A stretch of DNA of 47,939 bases from an uncultured Bacteroidaceae bacterium (GCA_964406495.1 CAYOSB010000005.1:1-47939); one strand, 5' to 3'. Positions 1 through 11,184 are shown, counted from the stretch's first letter. Numbers and translations are program-made. The notes: generated by a model not told the origin, from the sequence alone.

Positions 1-801
1 CCCCGGGAAGTAATCGCACCTACGGACAAACAAATCCGGCAGATCACATATGATCAAGTTAAAGAAGTATTCCGGGAGCGTTTTTCAGATGCCGGGGACT
101 TCACTTTTTTTATTGTCGGTAATTTTGAGATGGATACCATTATACCCTACCTGGAAAAATACCTGGGAGGTTTACCTTCTAAAAACAATCCTGAAACCTG
201 GAAAAACGTTGAACCGGAATTCCCTTCCACATCAAAGTACCTTTATGTCTACAAGGGAACGGAACCTCAAAGTACGGTTGCCATCTTAATGAAGGATACA
301 TTTGATTGGAGTAATGACAGGCTTAAGTTTGATGTTATGAATAAGATGTTGGAAATTAGGTTACGGGAATCTATGCGAGAAGAACAGGGGGAAGTAGATT
401 ACATCACCGTTGACGGAAGCTATTCCAGGTATCCCGATCCCGGGTATAGTCTCTATCTTTCTTTTGGATGTGAGCCGGAGGATGCGGATAGTCTGGCTTA
501 TTCTGTCATCTCGGAAATGAGAGAAATCATTAAAAACGGACCGAGTGAAAAAATTCTAAAAAAGGTTCAGAATTCAACCTTAAATGACAGGGAGACCAAT
601 CATGTCAAAAATTCCTATTGGATCAATAATTTACAAAGATTTTATTTCGATGATGGACCTATCATTCGGGAGAGGAAGTTCAAACGGGAGCTTAAAAGGA
701 TAAAACCTGAAGATATGCAGGAAATTGCACACAAGTATTTTCAGGTTGACCATTATGTCATGGGTATTTTATATCCCGAAAACGTGGAGCTCAGAAGATA
801 A
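1..801 (+). CDS. M16 family zinc peptidase (PqqL-like), C-terminal part; 5'-truncated by the window edge
   Basis: The frame of ORF 130..801 is open back to base 1 (PREVIAPTDKQIRQITYDQVKEVFRERFSDAGDFTFFIVGNF...). RERFSDAGDFTFFIVGN, YLEKYLGGLP, LEIRLRESMREEQG and NSYW are typical of the C-terminal domains of Bacteroidota M16 peptidases. The HxxEH site would lie upstream of the window. Confidence 0.85.
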   Translation, partial: PREVIAPTDKQIRQITYDQVKEVFRERFSDAGDFTFFIVGNFEMDTIIPYLEKYLGGLPSKNNPETWKNVEPEFPSTSKYLYVYKGTEPQSTVAILMKDTFDWSNDRLKFDVMNKMLEIRLRESMREEQGEVDYITVDGSYSRYPDPGYSLYLSFGCEPEDADSLAYSVISEMREIIKNGPSEKILKKVQNSTLNDRETNHVKNSYWINNLQRFYFDDGPIIRERKFKRELKRIKPEDMQEIAHKYFQVDHYVMGILYPENVELRR

Positions 802-869
802 AAAGGTTTTCCTACATTTTTTGAGCAAGAGAGATTATTTTAACTAACTGCAATTCAATTACCCGAAAC

Positions 870-3167
870 ATGAAAGAGCTTATTAAGTATGTTTTTTTTG
901 GTTCATTTTTAGTGTTAATGCTATCCTGCATTAAAGAAGAAGACAAATATCAGCGTCCCGATTGGTTGGCGGGTAAGCTTTACGATCAGGTTGTGGCCCA
1001 GGAAGACCTTACCTCTTTTGCCAAAGCCCTGGAAATAACCGGATATGATACCATTATTAATACATCCGGATCTTTCACCGTTTTTTCACCTACCAACCAG
1101 GCCATTGAAGATTATTTATCAGAAAACCCCCAATATGGTGATTCAATTGGGAGCATTCCAAAAACTGAATTGGAAAAGATAGTGAAATACCATATTATAC
1201 AAAATCCGTGGAGTAAAACCCAGCTTCAATCTTTAAACCAGCGAGGCTGGATCACCGAGGATGATGATCCCATCTATAGCAAAGCCTGGGCTTACAAGAG
1301 GCAAAGCTTACTAAGTAATACAAATGAAACCTATTATGTGAGGAACATCAATGGTGAGTTTACCATAGTGGATTCCTTGACGAGTAATGATGTAAAAGAG
1401 GTATATAACCAGCAAAGGAAATTTGTTCCCATTTTTTTTGATGAATATTTTGCCCTGAACCAACTTAATTACCAGGATTACACTTTCTATTTTAACAGGT
1501 CTTATGAAGCAGGAAATATTTATTACGGCAGTGGGAAACTGGGTGATGAAGAAATTTTTGCAGAAAACGGGTTCGTGTACCGTATCGATAAAGTCCTGTC
1601 TCCTGCCCTAAACGCCAAGCAATTGCTGGAAACGGAAAGAGACGGAAAGAGTTACAAGGAGTTTTTAAAACTGATCTATTTGTTCCCGGAATTCAGGTTT
1701 AACAGTGATGCTACCTATGATCAACCTGAAGCCAGAGCAGGGATGCAATTTGATTCTTTGTTTAACCTGTCTTATCCGGAGATTACTTTTGATATTCACG
1801 ATGAACAATACAGAAATTTTGAGAGAAGCATGGTCAGCCATTACGGGTTGCTGGCACCGGATGACGAGGCTTTTAATAAGCTTGTAGACGAGGTAATTAC
1901 TTCCAAAAGCGGCTATCCTCACTGGAGCAGCCTGGAAAGGATGCCTGACGAAATAAAAAATGAAATTGTGAATACCCATATGTCAGAAGCGCCTGTTTAC
2001 AAAACCGACCTAAAGGAAGGCTTTTATAATGGCTCAGATGATCGGATCGTGATCGATGAATCACAAATCAATGAAAAATATTATGGCAGTAACTGTACCT
2101 TTATCGGGCTGAATGAAGCCATCACACCGCGTGTATTTTCAAGTGTTACCGGCCCTATCTATCTCAGACCCGGCTACTCCACCTTTATGCGTGCCATACA
2201 ATATACAAACGTATTGCCGGCTGTAAAAAGAAAAAATGCCAGCTACGCGCTTTTTGCACTGTCGGATAATAGTTTACAAATGGACTCCTCTTTAATGCTG
2301 AATTGGATTGATCGGGATTTAAACCGGTATAATTTTCAGGTTTTTGACCGTTCATTGAAACGCCAGACCGGCGTTTCAAATGATGAACTGACCAAAAGGA
2401 TACTCAACCAGGTAGCAGTGTCACTTCCAACCGGGAGTGCCAATAAAGAATTTCTTGAAAACCTTGCAGGGAATTATATTTTTGTGGATAATGAGAACAA
2501 TACAGTTCGGGGAACTGCCCAAAACGTATACGGTTATCTTGGGGATTCTGTGATCACCATAAACCCCGTCGAACTCGATGCCCCAAAGACTTATCCGGAT
2601 AACGGGAAGGTCTATGATGTGAACGGATGGTTCAGTTTTTCCAGGGCTACTTTGTATTCAAGTGTCACAGGAAAATTCAAAGATTTACTGGAGAAGTCCG
2701 GCTTGATAGATACCGTTATTTATAATTTCAGTTTCATTTCTCCGGGAGAATATTATACGGTACTGGTGCCTTCAGACAATGCGCTCGAGAATTTCGGCGC
2801 AGATACCTTGCCCAAAGAGGAACTGGAAAAACTATTGCGTTATCATTTTATACGTGACGAGTTGATCTTTACTGACGGAAAAAAACCAACAAAATACTAC
2901 GAAACTTCCAGGGTCGACGAAACTTCCAACGAATACAGGTCTATTTTGTCCAAAATTCATCTTCGTCCCGGTCCCGATTATATCGATATTTTAGATGAAG
3001 ATGGGAACGTGTATTACACGATCAACGAAGACCCGAATAATACCAACCTTATTACCACCAGCCCTACTGGGGAACCCAGCAGCAGGGGATATTGGGATTT
3101 CATCACCACCGGGGTGATTCATCGCATCGATAAAGTTTTAGTAAAACAAAATTATAACACTAAGTAA
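870..3167 (+). CDS. Multi-fasciclin (FAS1) domain surface lipoprotein
   Basis: Lipobox MLSC followed by IKEED. Repeated FAS1 motifs: FTVFSPTNQA/YHII/NGFVYRIDKVL, LLAPDDEAF, YTVLVPSDNA/YHFI/GVIHRIDKVL. Confidence 0.85.
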   Translation: MKELIKYVFFGSFLVLMLSCIKEEDKYQRPDWLAGKLYDQVVAQEDLTSFAKALEITGYDTIINTSGSFTVFSPTNQAIEDYLSENPQYGDSIGSIPKTELEKIVKYHIIQNPWSKTQLQSLNQRGWITEDDDPIYSKAWAYKRQSLLSNTNETYYVRNINGEFTIVDSLTSNDVKEVYNQQRKFVPIFFDEYFALNQLNYQDYTFYFNRSYEAGNIYYGSGKLGDEEIFAENGFVYRIDKVLSPALNAKQLLETERDGKSYKEFLKLIYLFPEFRFNSDATYDQPEARAGMQFDSLFNLSYPEITFDIHDEQYRNFERSMVSHYGLLAPDDEAFNKLVDEVITSKSGYPHWSSLERMPDEIKNEIVNTHMSEAPVYKTDLKEGFYNGSDDRIVIDESQINEKYYGSNCTFIGLNEAITPRVFSSVTGPIYLRPGYSTFMRAIQYTNVLPAVKRKNASYALFALSDNSLQMDSSLMLNWIDRDLNRYNFQVFDRSLKRQTGVSNDELTKRILNQVAVSLPTGSANKEFLENLAGNYIFVDNENNTVRGTAQNVYGYLGDSVITINPVELDAPKTYPDNGKVYDVNGWFSFSRATLYSSVTGKFKDLLEKSGLIDTVIYNFSFISPGEYYTVLVPSDNALENFGADTLPKEELEKLLRYHFIRDELIFTDGKKPTKYYETSRVDETSNEYRSILSKIHLRPGPDYIDILDEDGNVYYTINEDPNNTNLITTSPTGEPSSRGYWDFITTGVIHRIDKVLVKQNYNTK

Positions 3168-3189
3168 AGTTCAGAAAAAATCCATTAGA

Positions 3190-6100
3190 ATGAATAAGAT
3201 ATTTTTACTTTGCTTCATTATCCTCTTATCAGGCGCGACTCATGTATTGGCCCAGGAAGGTTTTGTTGTCAGGGGAAGAGTGACCGATGCGGAAACAGGA
3301 GAAATAGTCATAGGTGCCAACGTTATTGAGTATGATGAACAGAAACGCATCATTAGAGGTACTATTACCGACGTCAATGGCTACTACCAGTTAAACGCCA
3401 CGAATGAAAATACTTTACTGGGCTTTAGTTCCATCGGCTACAAGACCAAGGAAATTAACCTGAACGGGAGAAGTAAACTGGATGTTCAGATAGAACCGGA
3501 ATCTGTGGAACTTGAGGAGGTGGTGGTGACTGCCAAAGCTGAAACGGATCCTCTGACCGGTGTTTCCGACAGGAACAATGCCTCCTCCAGGGTTAAGGTA
3601 GATATGGATAAAAGCCGAAGTATCGGCGCCATTTCTGCAGGAGATGCGCTGCAGGGTGAGGTTTCCGGTATGGATATCATGTCTGTTTCAGGTGATCCCG
3701 GTAGTGGTTCTTCTATTGTTATCCGGGGACTTGGTTCTTTGGGGAATTCACAACCCCTGATCGTTGTCGATGGAATCAAACAGAATATCAACATAGGTAA
3801 TGATTTTAGCTTCGCTTCGGCCGACCAGGAAGACCTGGGTAACCTGATCAACATTGCCCCACAGGACATCAAATCGGTGGAAGTGCTGAAAGATGCGGCT
3901 TCTACTGCTGTTTGGGGTTCTGAAGGCGCTGACGGGGTATTGCTTATTGAAACCTTTAAGGGAAGAAAGGGTAAAACCAGATTTACCTATAATTCCAAGT
4001 TAAGCCGGGATGTCCAGCCCCCTGCAATCCCAATGTTAAATGGTGATGAGTACATCATGATGCAGTTGGAACAATGGCATAATGCAAGGGGTGTTTTTGA
4101 ACTCCCCCCGGAGATTGCCTATAATAGGGATTTTGTTGATTTCCATAATTACAGCGCCAATACCGACTGGCTGGATGAAATCACCCGAAAAGGCTACCAG
4201 AATGATCAGTTTTTTAAACTGGAGGGCGGTGGAGATAAAACCCTCTATTACGCTTCAGTGAGTTACCTGGGCACTGAAGGCACCACCATCAATACGGATT
4301 TTGACCGGATTACCGCCAGGGTAAATCTTACCTATAACATTTCAGACAAACTCAGGTTTATCACCCAGTTAAGCTATACCAATAGCAATAAAGGGGATAA
4401 TTACGAGGGAAGTAACGATAACATCCGTAAAATGGCATACATCAAATCACCAAATATGAGCGTGATGGAATTGGATGCAGACGGGAAGCCAACGGGTGAA
4501 TACTTTACCCCTATTGAAACTTACCAGGGTTCCGGGATACAATATTATAATCCAGTGGCTATTGGGAACCTGAGTGTAAATGACATAGAGAATAATACCA
4601 TTGAAAACAGTTTTATCCTTCAATACAATATCTTTCCCTGGCTAAGGTTCAAGGAAACCTTGTCTTTTACCTACATGAATCAAAAGAGGAACTGGTTCTT
4701 ACCTTACAACGCTGTGGGTGCCCATTGGCTTGATTCTCATAACAATGAATCCCGCGAAAGAAATTTGAATTCCAACAAAATCATGACCCGTTCCCAGGTG
4801 TTTATTTCCCCCAGGATCAATTCCAATCATGTATTCTCTACGGTTTTGATGTGGGAAACCGACAACCAGCAAATGGAGCGAAGTGATTTGTTAAACTCTC
4901 GGGGACCCAGCGTGCACATCAGCGACCCCTCAGCCAATACCCTGCTTAGAAATATCATATCCTATTCCCAGGAAGTTAAATCGTTGGGAGCCTTGATAAG
5001 TGTGAACTATGTGATGATGGATAAATACATCGGACAGTTTAACCTGCGTGCTGATGGTAGTTCAAAATTCGGAGATGCTCAGCGCTGGGGTCTCTTCCCA
5101 AGTGCTTCTGTGGCCTGGAGATTTTCTAGCGAAGGTTTTATGCAGAACTTTCCCTCCTTATCTGAAGGTAAACTGAGAGTTAGTTACGGCCAGTCAGGCA
5201 AACAACCTGGCGGCGCTTATGTGAGGCACGCCATATATAACACCCAATATCCCTACCAGTACATTGAAACTCCTCTTATCCGGCCATTACAGGTTCAGTT
5301 GTCGAAACTCAAGTGGCAGACGGTTAGTTCGGTGAATTTCGGTCTTGATCTTGGCTTTTTTAATGAGCGCTTCAACTTAACTGCCGAATTATATGATAAG
5401 ATTACTTCTAATTTATTATGGGAAGGAAGCGATAGTTATCAAATACCAAGTTCATCAGGTTACAGTTACCTGAATGCATATAATGCAGGGAAAGTACGAA
5501 ATAAGGGTTGGGAGTTTTTTATGAACATTACGGCTATTAAGAAGCCGGACATGAACTTGAACTTCAACTTTAATATCTCCCATAATATCAATACTTTCCT
5601 GGAATTTCCGGAGAATTTTCAAAACGAGAAAAACATCGACGTACGCAATGGGGATTTTCCGCTAAGAGCTGAAGAAGGTGTGCCCGTGGGTTCTTTTTAC
5701 GGGTTCAGATTCCTGGGCGTATGGCCGAGCGATGAAGACGTTGTCGCCAGGGATGCTGAAGGAAATCTATTACTCGACGTACTAGGGAACCCTATTCCCC
5801 TTTCCTACAAGGAAGAGTATCGTTTTAAAGGGGGAGATGCTATTTACCAGGATGTGAACTATGATGGTAAAATTGACATTCTCGATGCCGTTTATCTCGG
5901 TGACTCCAACCCGGATTTTATAGGAGGTTGGGGTATGAATATGAATTGGAAAGACTGGACCCTTTCGACCCAGTTCTTCTTTCGAACAGGGTATCAAATC
6001 GTCAACGAGGTTGCCCTGACTACTGAAGGTATGCTGAATAAGGATAACCAGAGCAAGGCCGTGTTAAGTCGCTGGCGACAACAGGGAATGGATGAAGAAG

Positions 6101-6414
6101 GACTGCTGCCCAGAGCTTATATGTTTCATCCGGCCAATAATCTGGGATCCGACAGGTACGTAGAAGACGGTGATTTTATGCGTCTTAATAAGCTGGCCAT
6201 CGGTTACCAGTTCGATAAAGATGTAGTTGGAGGTTTCGGGCTGAATTTATTGGAGATTAGTCTTAGTATGCGAAGAATTGCAACCCTTACCAATTATTCG
6301 GGACAAGATCCCGAGGTATCGCAGTCAGGCTCTGATCCTTTTTGGTTTGGCACGGATAACGCACGGACTCCACCGCCCAGAACCTATACTTTGAACATTA
6401 ATGTCAGATTTTAA
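3190..6414 (+). CDS. susC: SusC/RagA family TonB-dependent outer membrane transporter
   Basis: Signal peptide ending VLA|Q, N-terminal extension domain, LEEVVV TonB-box-like segment, plug motifs IRGLGS..PLIVVDG and DIKSVEVLKDAASTAVWG..GADGVLLI, RADGSSKFG, C-terminal Phe. Confidence 0.95.
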   Translation: MNKIFLLCFIILLSGATHVLAQEGFVVRGRVTDAETGEIVIGANVIEYDEQKRIIRGTITDVNGYYQLNATNENTLLGFSSIGYKTKEINLNGRSKLDVQIEPESVELEEVVVTAKAETDPLTGVSDRNNASSRVKVDMDKSRSIGAISAGDALQGEVSGMDIMSVSGDPGSGSSIVIRGLGSLGNSQPLIVVDGIKQNINIGNDFSFASADQEDLGNLINIAPQDIKSVEVLKDAASTAVWGSEGADGVLLIETFKGRKGKTRFTYNSKLSRDVQPPAIPMLNGDEYIMMQLEQWHNARGVFELPPEIAYNRDFVDFHNYSANTDWLDEITRKGYQNDQFFKLEGGGDKTLYYASVSYLGTEGTTINTDFDRITARVNLTYNISDKLRFITQLSYTNSNKGDNYEGSNDNIRKMAYIKSPNMSVMELDADGKPTGEYFTPIETYQGSGIQYYNPVAIGNLSVNDIENNTIENSFILQYNIFPWLRFKETLSFTYMNQKRNWFLPYNAVGAHWLDSHNNESRERNLNSNKIMTRSQVFISPRINSNHVFSTVLMWETDNQQMERSDLLNSRGPSVHISDPSANTLLRNIISYSQEVKSLGALISVNYVMMDKYIGQFNLRADGSSKFGDAQRWGLFPSASVAWRFSSEGFMQNFPSLSEGKLRVSYGQSGKQPGGAYVRHAIYNTQYPYQYIETPLIRPLQVQLSKLKWQTVSSVNFGLDLGFFNERFNLTAELYDKITSNLLWEGSDSYQIPSSSGYSYLNAYNAGKVRNKGWEFFMNITAIKKPDMNLNFNFNISHNINTFLEFPENFQNEKNIDVRNGDFPLRAEEGVPVGSFYGFRFLGVWPSDEDVVARDAEGNLLLDVLGNPIPLSYKEEYRFKGGDAIYQDVNYDGKIDILDAVYLGDSNPDFIGGWGMNMNWKDWTLSTQFFFRTGYQIVNEVALTTEGMLNKDNQSKAVLSRWRQQGMDEEGLLPRAYMFHPANNLGSDRYVEDGDFMRLNKLAIGYQFDKDVVGGFGLNLLEISLSMRRIATLTNYSGQDPEVSQSGSDPFWFGTDNARTPPPRTYTLNINVRF

Positions 6415-6430
6415 AAAGAGCATTCAGAAT

Positions 6431-7915
6431 ATGAAAAGGTTTAGCAAGATAGTCCTCCTCTCCCTCATGATGATGTTAATCATTTCTTGTGGAGAAGATT
6501 ACCTTGAATTATTGCCAAGGGACGGGCTTGTACAAAACGAGTACTGGAATAAGAAAGAGGATGTTGAATCAGTCCTAATGGGAGCTTACCAAAAATTTGC
6601 CAGTATACATGATCGGTTGTTTTTATACGGAGAATTACGGGCTGATATGATCGAAAGAAATACCACCATATCCGATGATGAGGCTAGGATCATGCTGGGG
6701 AACATTGAACCGAATAATTACCTGAGCCGCTGGGATGATTTTTACGAAGTGATCAACTATTCGAATTTCGTTATTAAATATGCACCAGAGGTGAAGGAAG
6801 TCGATAATACTTTTACCGAATTTCAAATGAAGGCTTACCAGGCAGAAGCCATCTTTTTAAGAAGCCTGACATATTTTTACCTTGTGCGGATTTTTAAGGA
6901 TGTTCCCTTAGTACTTCAACCTACCGAAAATGATGCAGTCGAGTTGTTTCCCGTTAAATCTGCCGACACAACTATCCTAAGGGTAATCAAAGACGATTTA
7001 AAGGAAGCCCTTCTGACTGTCCGGGAAGATTACGGCTCTGTAAGGCAGAATAAAGGGCGTGCAAATAAGGGAGCCATTAATGCATTGATTGCAGATATTG
7101 CGCTCTGGAATTTCGAGTATGAGGAATGCCTCACATACATCAATAACATCGAAAATTTAAATTATGAATTGCTCAAACCAGGTGATTGGTATGATTTGTT
7201 TTATCCGGGGAATTCATTCGAATCCATTTTTGAATTCCAATTTGATGAAGGACTGGATCAAAGTAGCAATTTACTTGGTTTAACTGACAGAAGAAATGGA
7301 GATTACAAAGCATCTGAATTTGCTGCAGAGATTCTGGGACCCGAGAGCTCCAAAGAAGGAATAAGGGGATTTGGCACCCTGGAATTTTTCAACCAGGAAT
7401 ATTACATCTGGAAATACCGTGGAATAAAACCTGACGGAACTACTACAAGAGGAGGGTCGGAAAACCAAAGTCAAAACTGGATTATTTACAGATACTCAGA
7501 AATTTTGTTGATGAAAGCCGAAGCCCTGTCACAAAAAAACAATCCCGAGTATGCAACCGCGAAAGAATTGATTAATCAAATAAGGGAAAGGGCTTTTATG
7601 AGCCAAATTCAGTTACCCGATAATCCTGTTACCATTGAAGATGCCATCATGCGCGAACGTGCCAAGGAATTTGCCTATGAAGGAAAACGTTGGTTTGATC
7701 TTGTCAGAATGGGGAGAAGAAATGGATTCACAAGAAAAGATGAACTCATAAAAATTATCATAGAGGATGCCCCATCAACTCAAAAGTTAGTACTGGCTTC
7801 TAAATTAACCGATCCCTATGGTTGGTATATGCCCATACACTTTGGAGAGCTGGAGGATAATGCAAACCTTGTTCAAAATCCTTATTATCAGGTATATGAA
7901 CAAGATAAATATTAA
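6431..7915 (+). CDS. susD: SusD/RagB family lipoprotein (start likely ATG 6431 rather than 6401)
   Basis: Lipobox IISC; YFYLVRIFKDVPL, YRYSEILLMKAEA, ERAKEFAYEGKRWFDLVR, LVQNPYY. Confidence 0.95.
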   Translation: MKRFSKIVLLSLMMMLIISCGEDYLELLPRDGLVQNEYWNKKEDVESVLMGAYQKFASIHDRLFLYGELRADMIERNTTISDDEARIMLGNIEPNNYLSRWDDFYEVINYSNFVIKYAPEVKEVDNTFTEFQMKAYQAEAIFLRSLTYFYLVRIFKDVPLVLQPTENDAVELFPVKSADTTILRVIKDDLKEALLTVREDYGSVRQNKGRANKGAINALIADIALWNFEYEECLTYINNIENLNYELLKPGDWYDLFYPGNSFESIFEFQFDEGLDQSSNLLGLTDRRNGDYKASEFAAEILGPESSKEGIRGFGTLEFFNQEYYIWKYRGIKPDGTTTRGGSENQSQNWIIYRYSEILLMKAEALSQKNNPEYATAKELINQIRERAFMSQIQLPDNPVTIEDAIMRERAKEFAYEGKRWFDLVRMGRRNGFTRKDELIKIIIEDAPSTQKLVLASKLTDPYGWYMPIHFGELEDNANLVQNPYYQVYEQDKY

Positions 7916-7952
7916 TATCACCTATTTAATGATAATAAACGAAAACAGTATA

Positions 7953-9566
7953 ATGAAGAAGCCAACCTATCTTACCATGTTGTTATCAGTAATGCTTTTT
8001 TTCGGCGGGTGTAACGATTATTTTGACAATTTCTTCATCACCGAAAAGGATGAAAACGCTGGTTTTTTCGATGAAGATATCATATCCATTACAAAATTTA
8101 TCAATGAAAACAAACAAGCGTATTCAAAATTTGATACCCTCCTGAAAGCGACCAATATTGATAAAGCCCTGAACTCATATAATCCAAATGGTAATAATTT
8201 TACTTTGTTTTTACCTACTGATGAGGCATTTAATAACTATATAACCAACCATGCTGATTATAATAACTTTAGCGACTTACTGAATGATACAGACTTTGCT
8301 GTTGCACTTGTCCGCTATCATATAGTAATGGGTGAGATCCAAACAAGTTTTTTCCCTTACGGTGCACTACCTGATTCTACTGCTTCAGGCGATTACCTCA
8401 CCATTGGTTTTGATTTCGGGTATGATACAGTTGCCAACGAAATATTATATGATAGTACGGTATATAAGGTAAACAACGAAGCCCCTGTGGTGCAGCCCGA
8501 TATCAGACTGATAAACGGCTATATACATGTGATCGACAGGGTACTTGAACCCCCGGTATTAAACAGTTATGAATGGCTCGATAAGGAGGAGGGCTTTACC
8601 ATCATATCCAGGGCGTTTGAAATCACAGGTCTAAAAGATACCATGGGTATTTTCAGGAATACCCAGAGTGGCAGGATCGTACCCAACGTTTACACCTTGT
8701 TGGTGGAACATGATTCCATCTATCATAAAAACGGTATCTATACTATTGATGATCTGATCGACAGAATCGTGGATGATCCGGACAGGATAAATTACCAGGA
8801 TGAGGATAATCCGCTTTACCAGTACGCTGCATACCATATTTTGGAAAATCGACATTTCCTTGATGCCTTTGTCACTTCCAATTACAATACTTTTGCCACT
8901 TTCCCGGTAAAAATTGATGCAGGACTTGAACTATGGATTAACCGGGGGAAAAGAGTTTACGATACCCTGGTTCAAGGTTCAGACACTACGTTTGTTGATT
9001 ATATCAACGTGCTTTATAATCTAAGTAACGTATTAACGAAAAACGGCGCCATCCATTTTATTGACCAAATGCTTGAATTATCCAGGCCAAGGCCATCCGT
9101 TAATACCTTCCAGTTTACCGATGAAGAACCTGTGCTGGACAAGTTAAGAAACGAGATTGGGGAGCACCCGTTTTTCACTGACGATGGCTTTGAATCGCTT
9201 CAATGGGAAGGAGTAGATGTAATGTATTATGTGAAAGCTACGGATGTTGACGAGGCCAGCAGGAATGATTATATCAGGTTGGACGGGGATTTTACCGTGG
9301 AGTATACAATACCAAAAGTTCTGCCGGCAACCTACAGGGTCTGGATTCGGGCAAACGCGCAAAGCTATCAAAACGCCTCCATACAGGTATTCGTAGATGG
9401 GAAACGCCTGGGTAGCAATTTTGACCTGAAAACAGGAGGGAGTCCTTACGACAGGATAAACGTGGGAAGCGTGAGCTTTTCATCCTACTCGGAACACACT
9501 GTAGTGATTAAAACACTCATTCCCGGAAGGTTTGAATGGGATTATATACAATTTGAACCCTTATAA
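7953..9566 (+). CDS. Fasciclin-domain lipoprotein with a C-terminal beta-sandwich (CBM6/35-like) domain; start likely ATG 7953
   Basis: MKKPTYL...FGGC signal. FTLFLPTDEAF, YHIV, NGYIHVIDRVL, NGAIHFIDQML. The C-terminus YRVWIRA..IQVFVDG..HTVVIK..WDYIQFEP resembles a jelly-roll CBM. Confidence 0.8.
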   Translation: MKKPTYLTMLLSVMLFFGGCNDYFDNFFITEKDENAGFFDEDIISITKFINENKQAYSKFDTLLKATNIDKALNSYNPNGNNFTLFLPTDEAFNNYITNHADYNNFSDLLNDTDFAVALVRYHIVMGEIQTSFFPYGALPDSTASGDYLTIGFDFGYDTVANEILYDSTVYKVNNEAPVVQPDIRLINGYIHVIDRVLEPPVLNSYEWLDKEEGFTIISRAFEITGLKDTMGIFRNTQSGRIVPNVYTLLVEHDSIYHKNGIYTIDDLIDRIVDDPDRINYQDEDNPLYQYAAYHILENRHFLDAFVTSNYNTFATFPVKIDAGLELWINRGKRVYDTLVQGSDTTFVDYINVLYNLSNVLTKNGAIHFIDQMLELSRPRPSVNTFQFTDEEPVLDKLRNEIGEHPFFTDDGFESLQWEGVDVMYYVKATDVDEASRNDYIRLDGDFTVEYTIPKVLPATYRVWIRANAQSYQNASIQVFVDGKRLGSNFDLKTGGSPYDRINVGSVSFSSYSEHTVVIKTLIPGRFEWDYIQFEPL

Positions 9567-11164
9567 TGATGTATAAAAAATACAATAATACAATGATTTC
9601 TATTCAACCGATGAATTTTGGTTTTTTGCTTATGTTCGTGTTGATGCTTTCTTTTTTTACTTCTTGCGAAAAAGAATGGGATCAGCATTACCATGTGGCA
9701 GATGAGCGGGTTAACCTGAAACTAAAGGAAGCGCTTTCCGGGGAAAATAATTATACCACATTTCTCGAATTAATCAATAAGTATGGTCTGGATACCCTTA
9801 TTAGTAAGGACCAGGCAAAAACCTTGTTTATCCCAACTGATGAAGCATTTGAAAATTTAAACGCGGATGATACTGCAGGGATTATGGATCAATTGCTGTC
9901 CTATCACATCTCACCAACACTGTTCCTGTCGAATAATATCATGAGCGAAAAGCTTCTATATACCAATTCGGGTAAATATGTTTCCATACTTCGTGCTGGT
10001 GACGGTTTTTTATTTGATAACATACCGATTAATTCATCCAGTCCGCTCTTTCTGGATGGTAAGTTTTATGTGCTTTCAGAAGTAGCCATACCTCAACCGA
10101 ATTTATATGAATACATGCAGCTATACAGTCCTTTCCTGAAAAAATATGTGGACTCCAAGGATACTTTATACCTGGACAAAAACCTCAGTGTACCTATCGG
10201 CTACAACAATGAGGGAGAAACGGTGTACGATTCGGTATATACCAGGCAAAATCTGTTTGAAAACACATATTTTCCTGTAAGCGAGGAGTTCAGAAAAAGG
10301 AGAGCAACCTTTATTCTGTTCACTCAGGAGCAATATGATAACGCGATTTCGGAGATGGCAACAAATATGGGTATAGATGTCCCGGATATTCCACAAAAAT
10401 GGCAAAACGAAGTGTTTTTACCGGATATTATCAATAATAGTATTTACGAGGGAAGCCTGGATTATGCCGAGTTTAATGATACCCTTATTAATATTAAGGG
10501 CGATAGCACCTTTATTGATCCGTTCAATATCGATCCCGGATCCAAATTTAACTGTAGCAACGGGGTAGTCTATAATTACCTGAATTTTCAGGTGCCGGAA
10601 GAGCTGTATTCCAGGGAATTAAGGTTTGAAGGGGAGAATTTTTGCGACTCACTTGGGTTGGGAAGGTTTGTATGGGAAAGCAGTGAAGTATCGGTCGATG
10701 CCGATATTTCTTTTGATCCCCTGGTAACAGAAGTGAAGGGGGCTTCTAACGATTCTGTAGTAACAGTGGGTTTCAAACGAAATTACGAGGGAAAATACAG
10801 TGTCGAATTCAAATTTGAAAACATGTTCCCGAGGGACTACCTGCTCGAATGGCATGCGAATTCCCGGCCATCAGGTTGTTTTAAAGTATATGTGAACGAT
10901 GTGGATATTACTGCCACCAATCCCATGTCAAATGAGGGATGTTTCGATTTGTTTCAATTACGGGGAGTAGTATATAGTCCGGTACCAGGCAACCCACCAA
11001 ATATACCTGACGAAAACCAATACAACACGGTTGGATTCCTGGTGGAAGACATCCTGGCGGATTACGGTACAGTTACAGTAAGACTGGAGTATATCAATAG
11101 CGGAAGCAGCTCAAACAATGGTTTTAGCATTGATTACTTTGCGTTTACACCTTTGGATAATTAG
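9566..11164 (+). CDS. Fasciclin-domain lipoprotein with a C-terminal beta-sandwich domain
   Basis: FTSC-EKEWD lipoprotein signal; TLFIPTDEAF, SYHI, CSNGVVY; C-terminal FSIDYFAFTP. The ATG overlaps the upstream TAA (TAATG); the exact start is uncertain. Confidence 0.78.
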   Translation: MMYKKYNNTMISIQPMNFGFLLMFVLMLSFFTSCEKEWDQHYHVADERVNLKLKEALSGENNYTTFLELINKYGLDTLISKDQAKTLFIPTDEAFENLNADDTAGIMDQLLSYHISPTLFLSNNIMSEKLLYTNSGKYVSILRAGDGFLFDNIPINSSSPLFLDGKFYVLSEVAIPQPNLYEYMQLYSPFLKKYVDSKDTLYLDKNLSVPIGYNNEGETVYDSVYTRQNLFENTYFPVSEEFRKRRATFILFTQEQYDNAISEMATNMGIDVPDIPQKWQNEVFLPDIINNSIYEGSLDYAEFNDTLINIKGDSTFIDPFNIDPGSKFNCSNGVVYNYLNFQVPEELYSRELRFEGENFCDSLGLGRFVWESSEVSVDADISFDPLVTEVKGASNDSVVTVGFKRNYEGKYSVEFKFENMFPRDYLLEWHANSRPSGCFKVYVNDVDITATNPMSNEGCFDLFQLRGVVYSPVPGNPPNIPDENQYNTVGFLVEDILADYGTVTVRLEYINSGSSSNNGFSIDYFAFTPLDN

Positions 11165-11184
11165 TCAATTACAATCAGTTAGAA

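Noticed and set aside
7818..7952. Long N-terminal extension overlapping susD1
   Set aside because: The lipoprotein signal begins at MKKPTY (7953); the upstream Met codons are unlikely starts.
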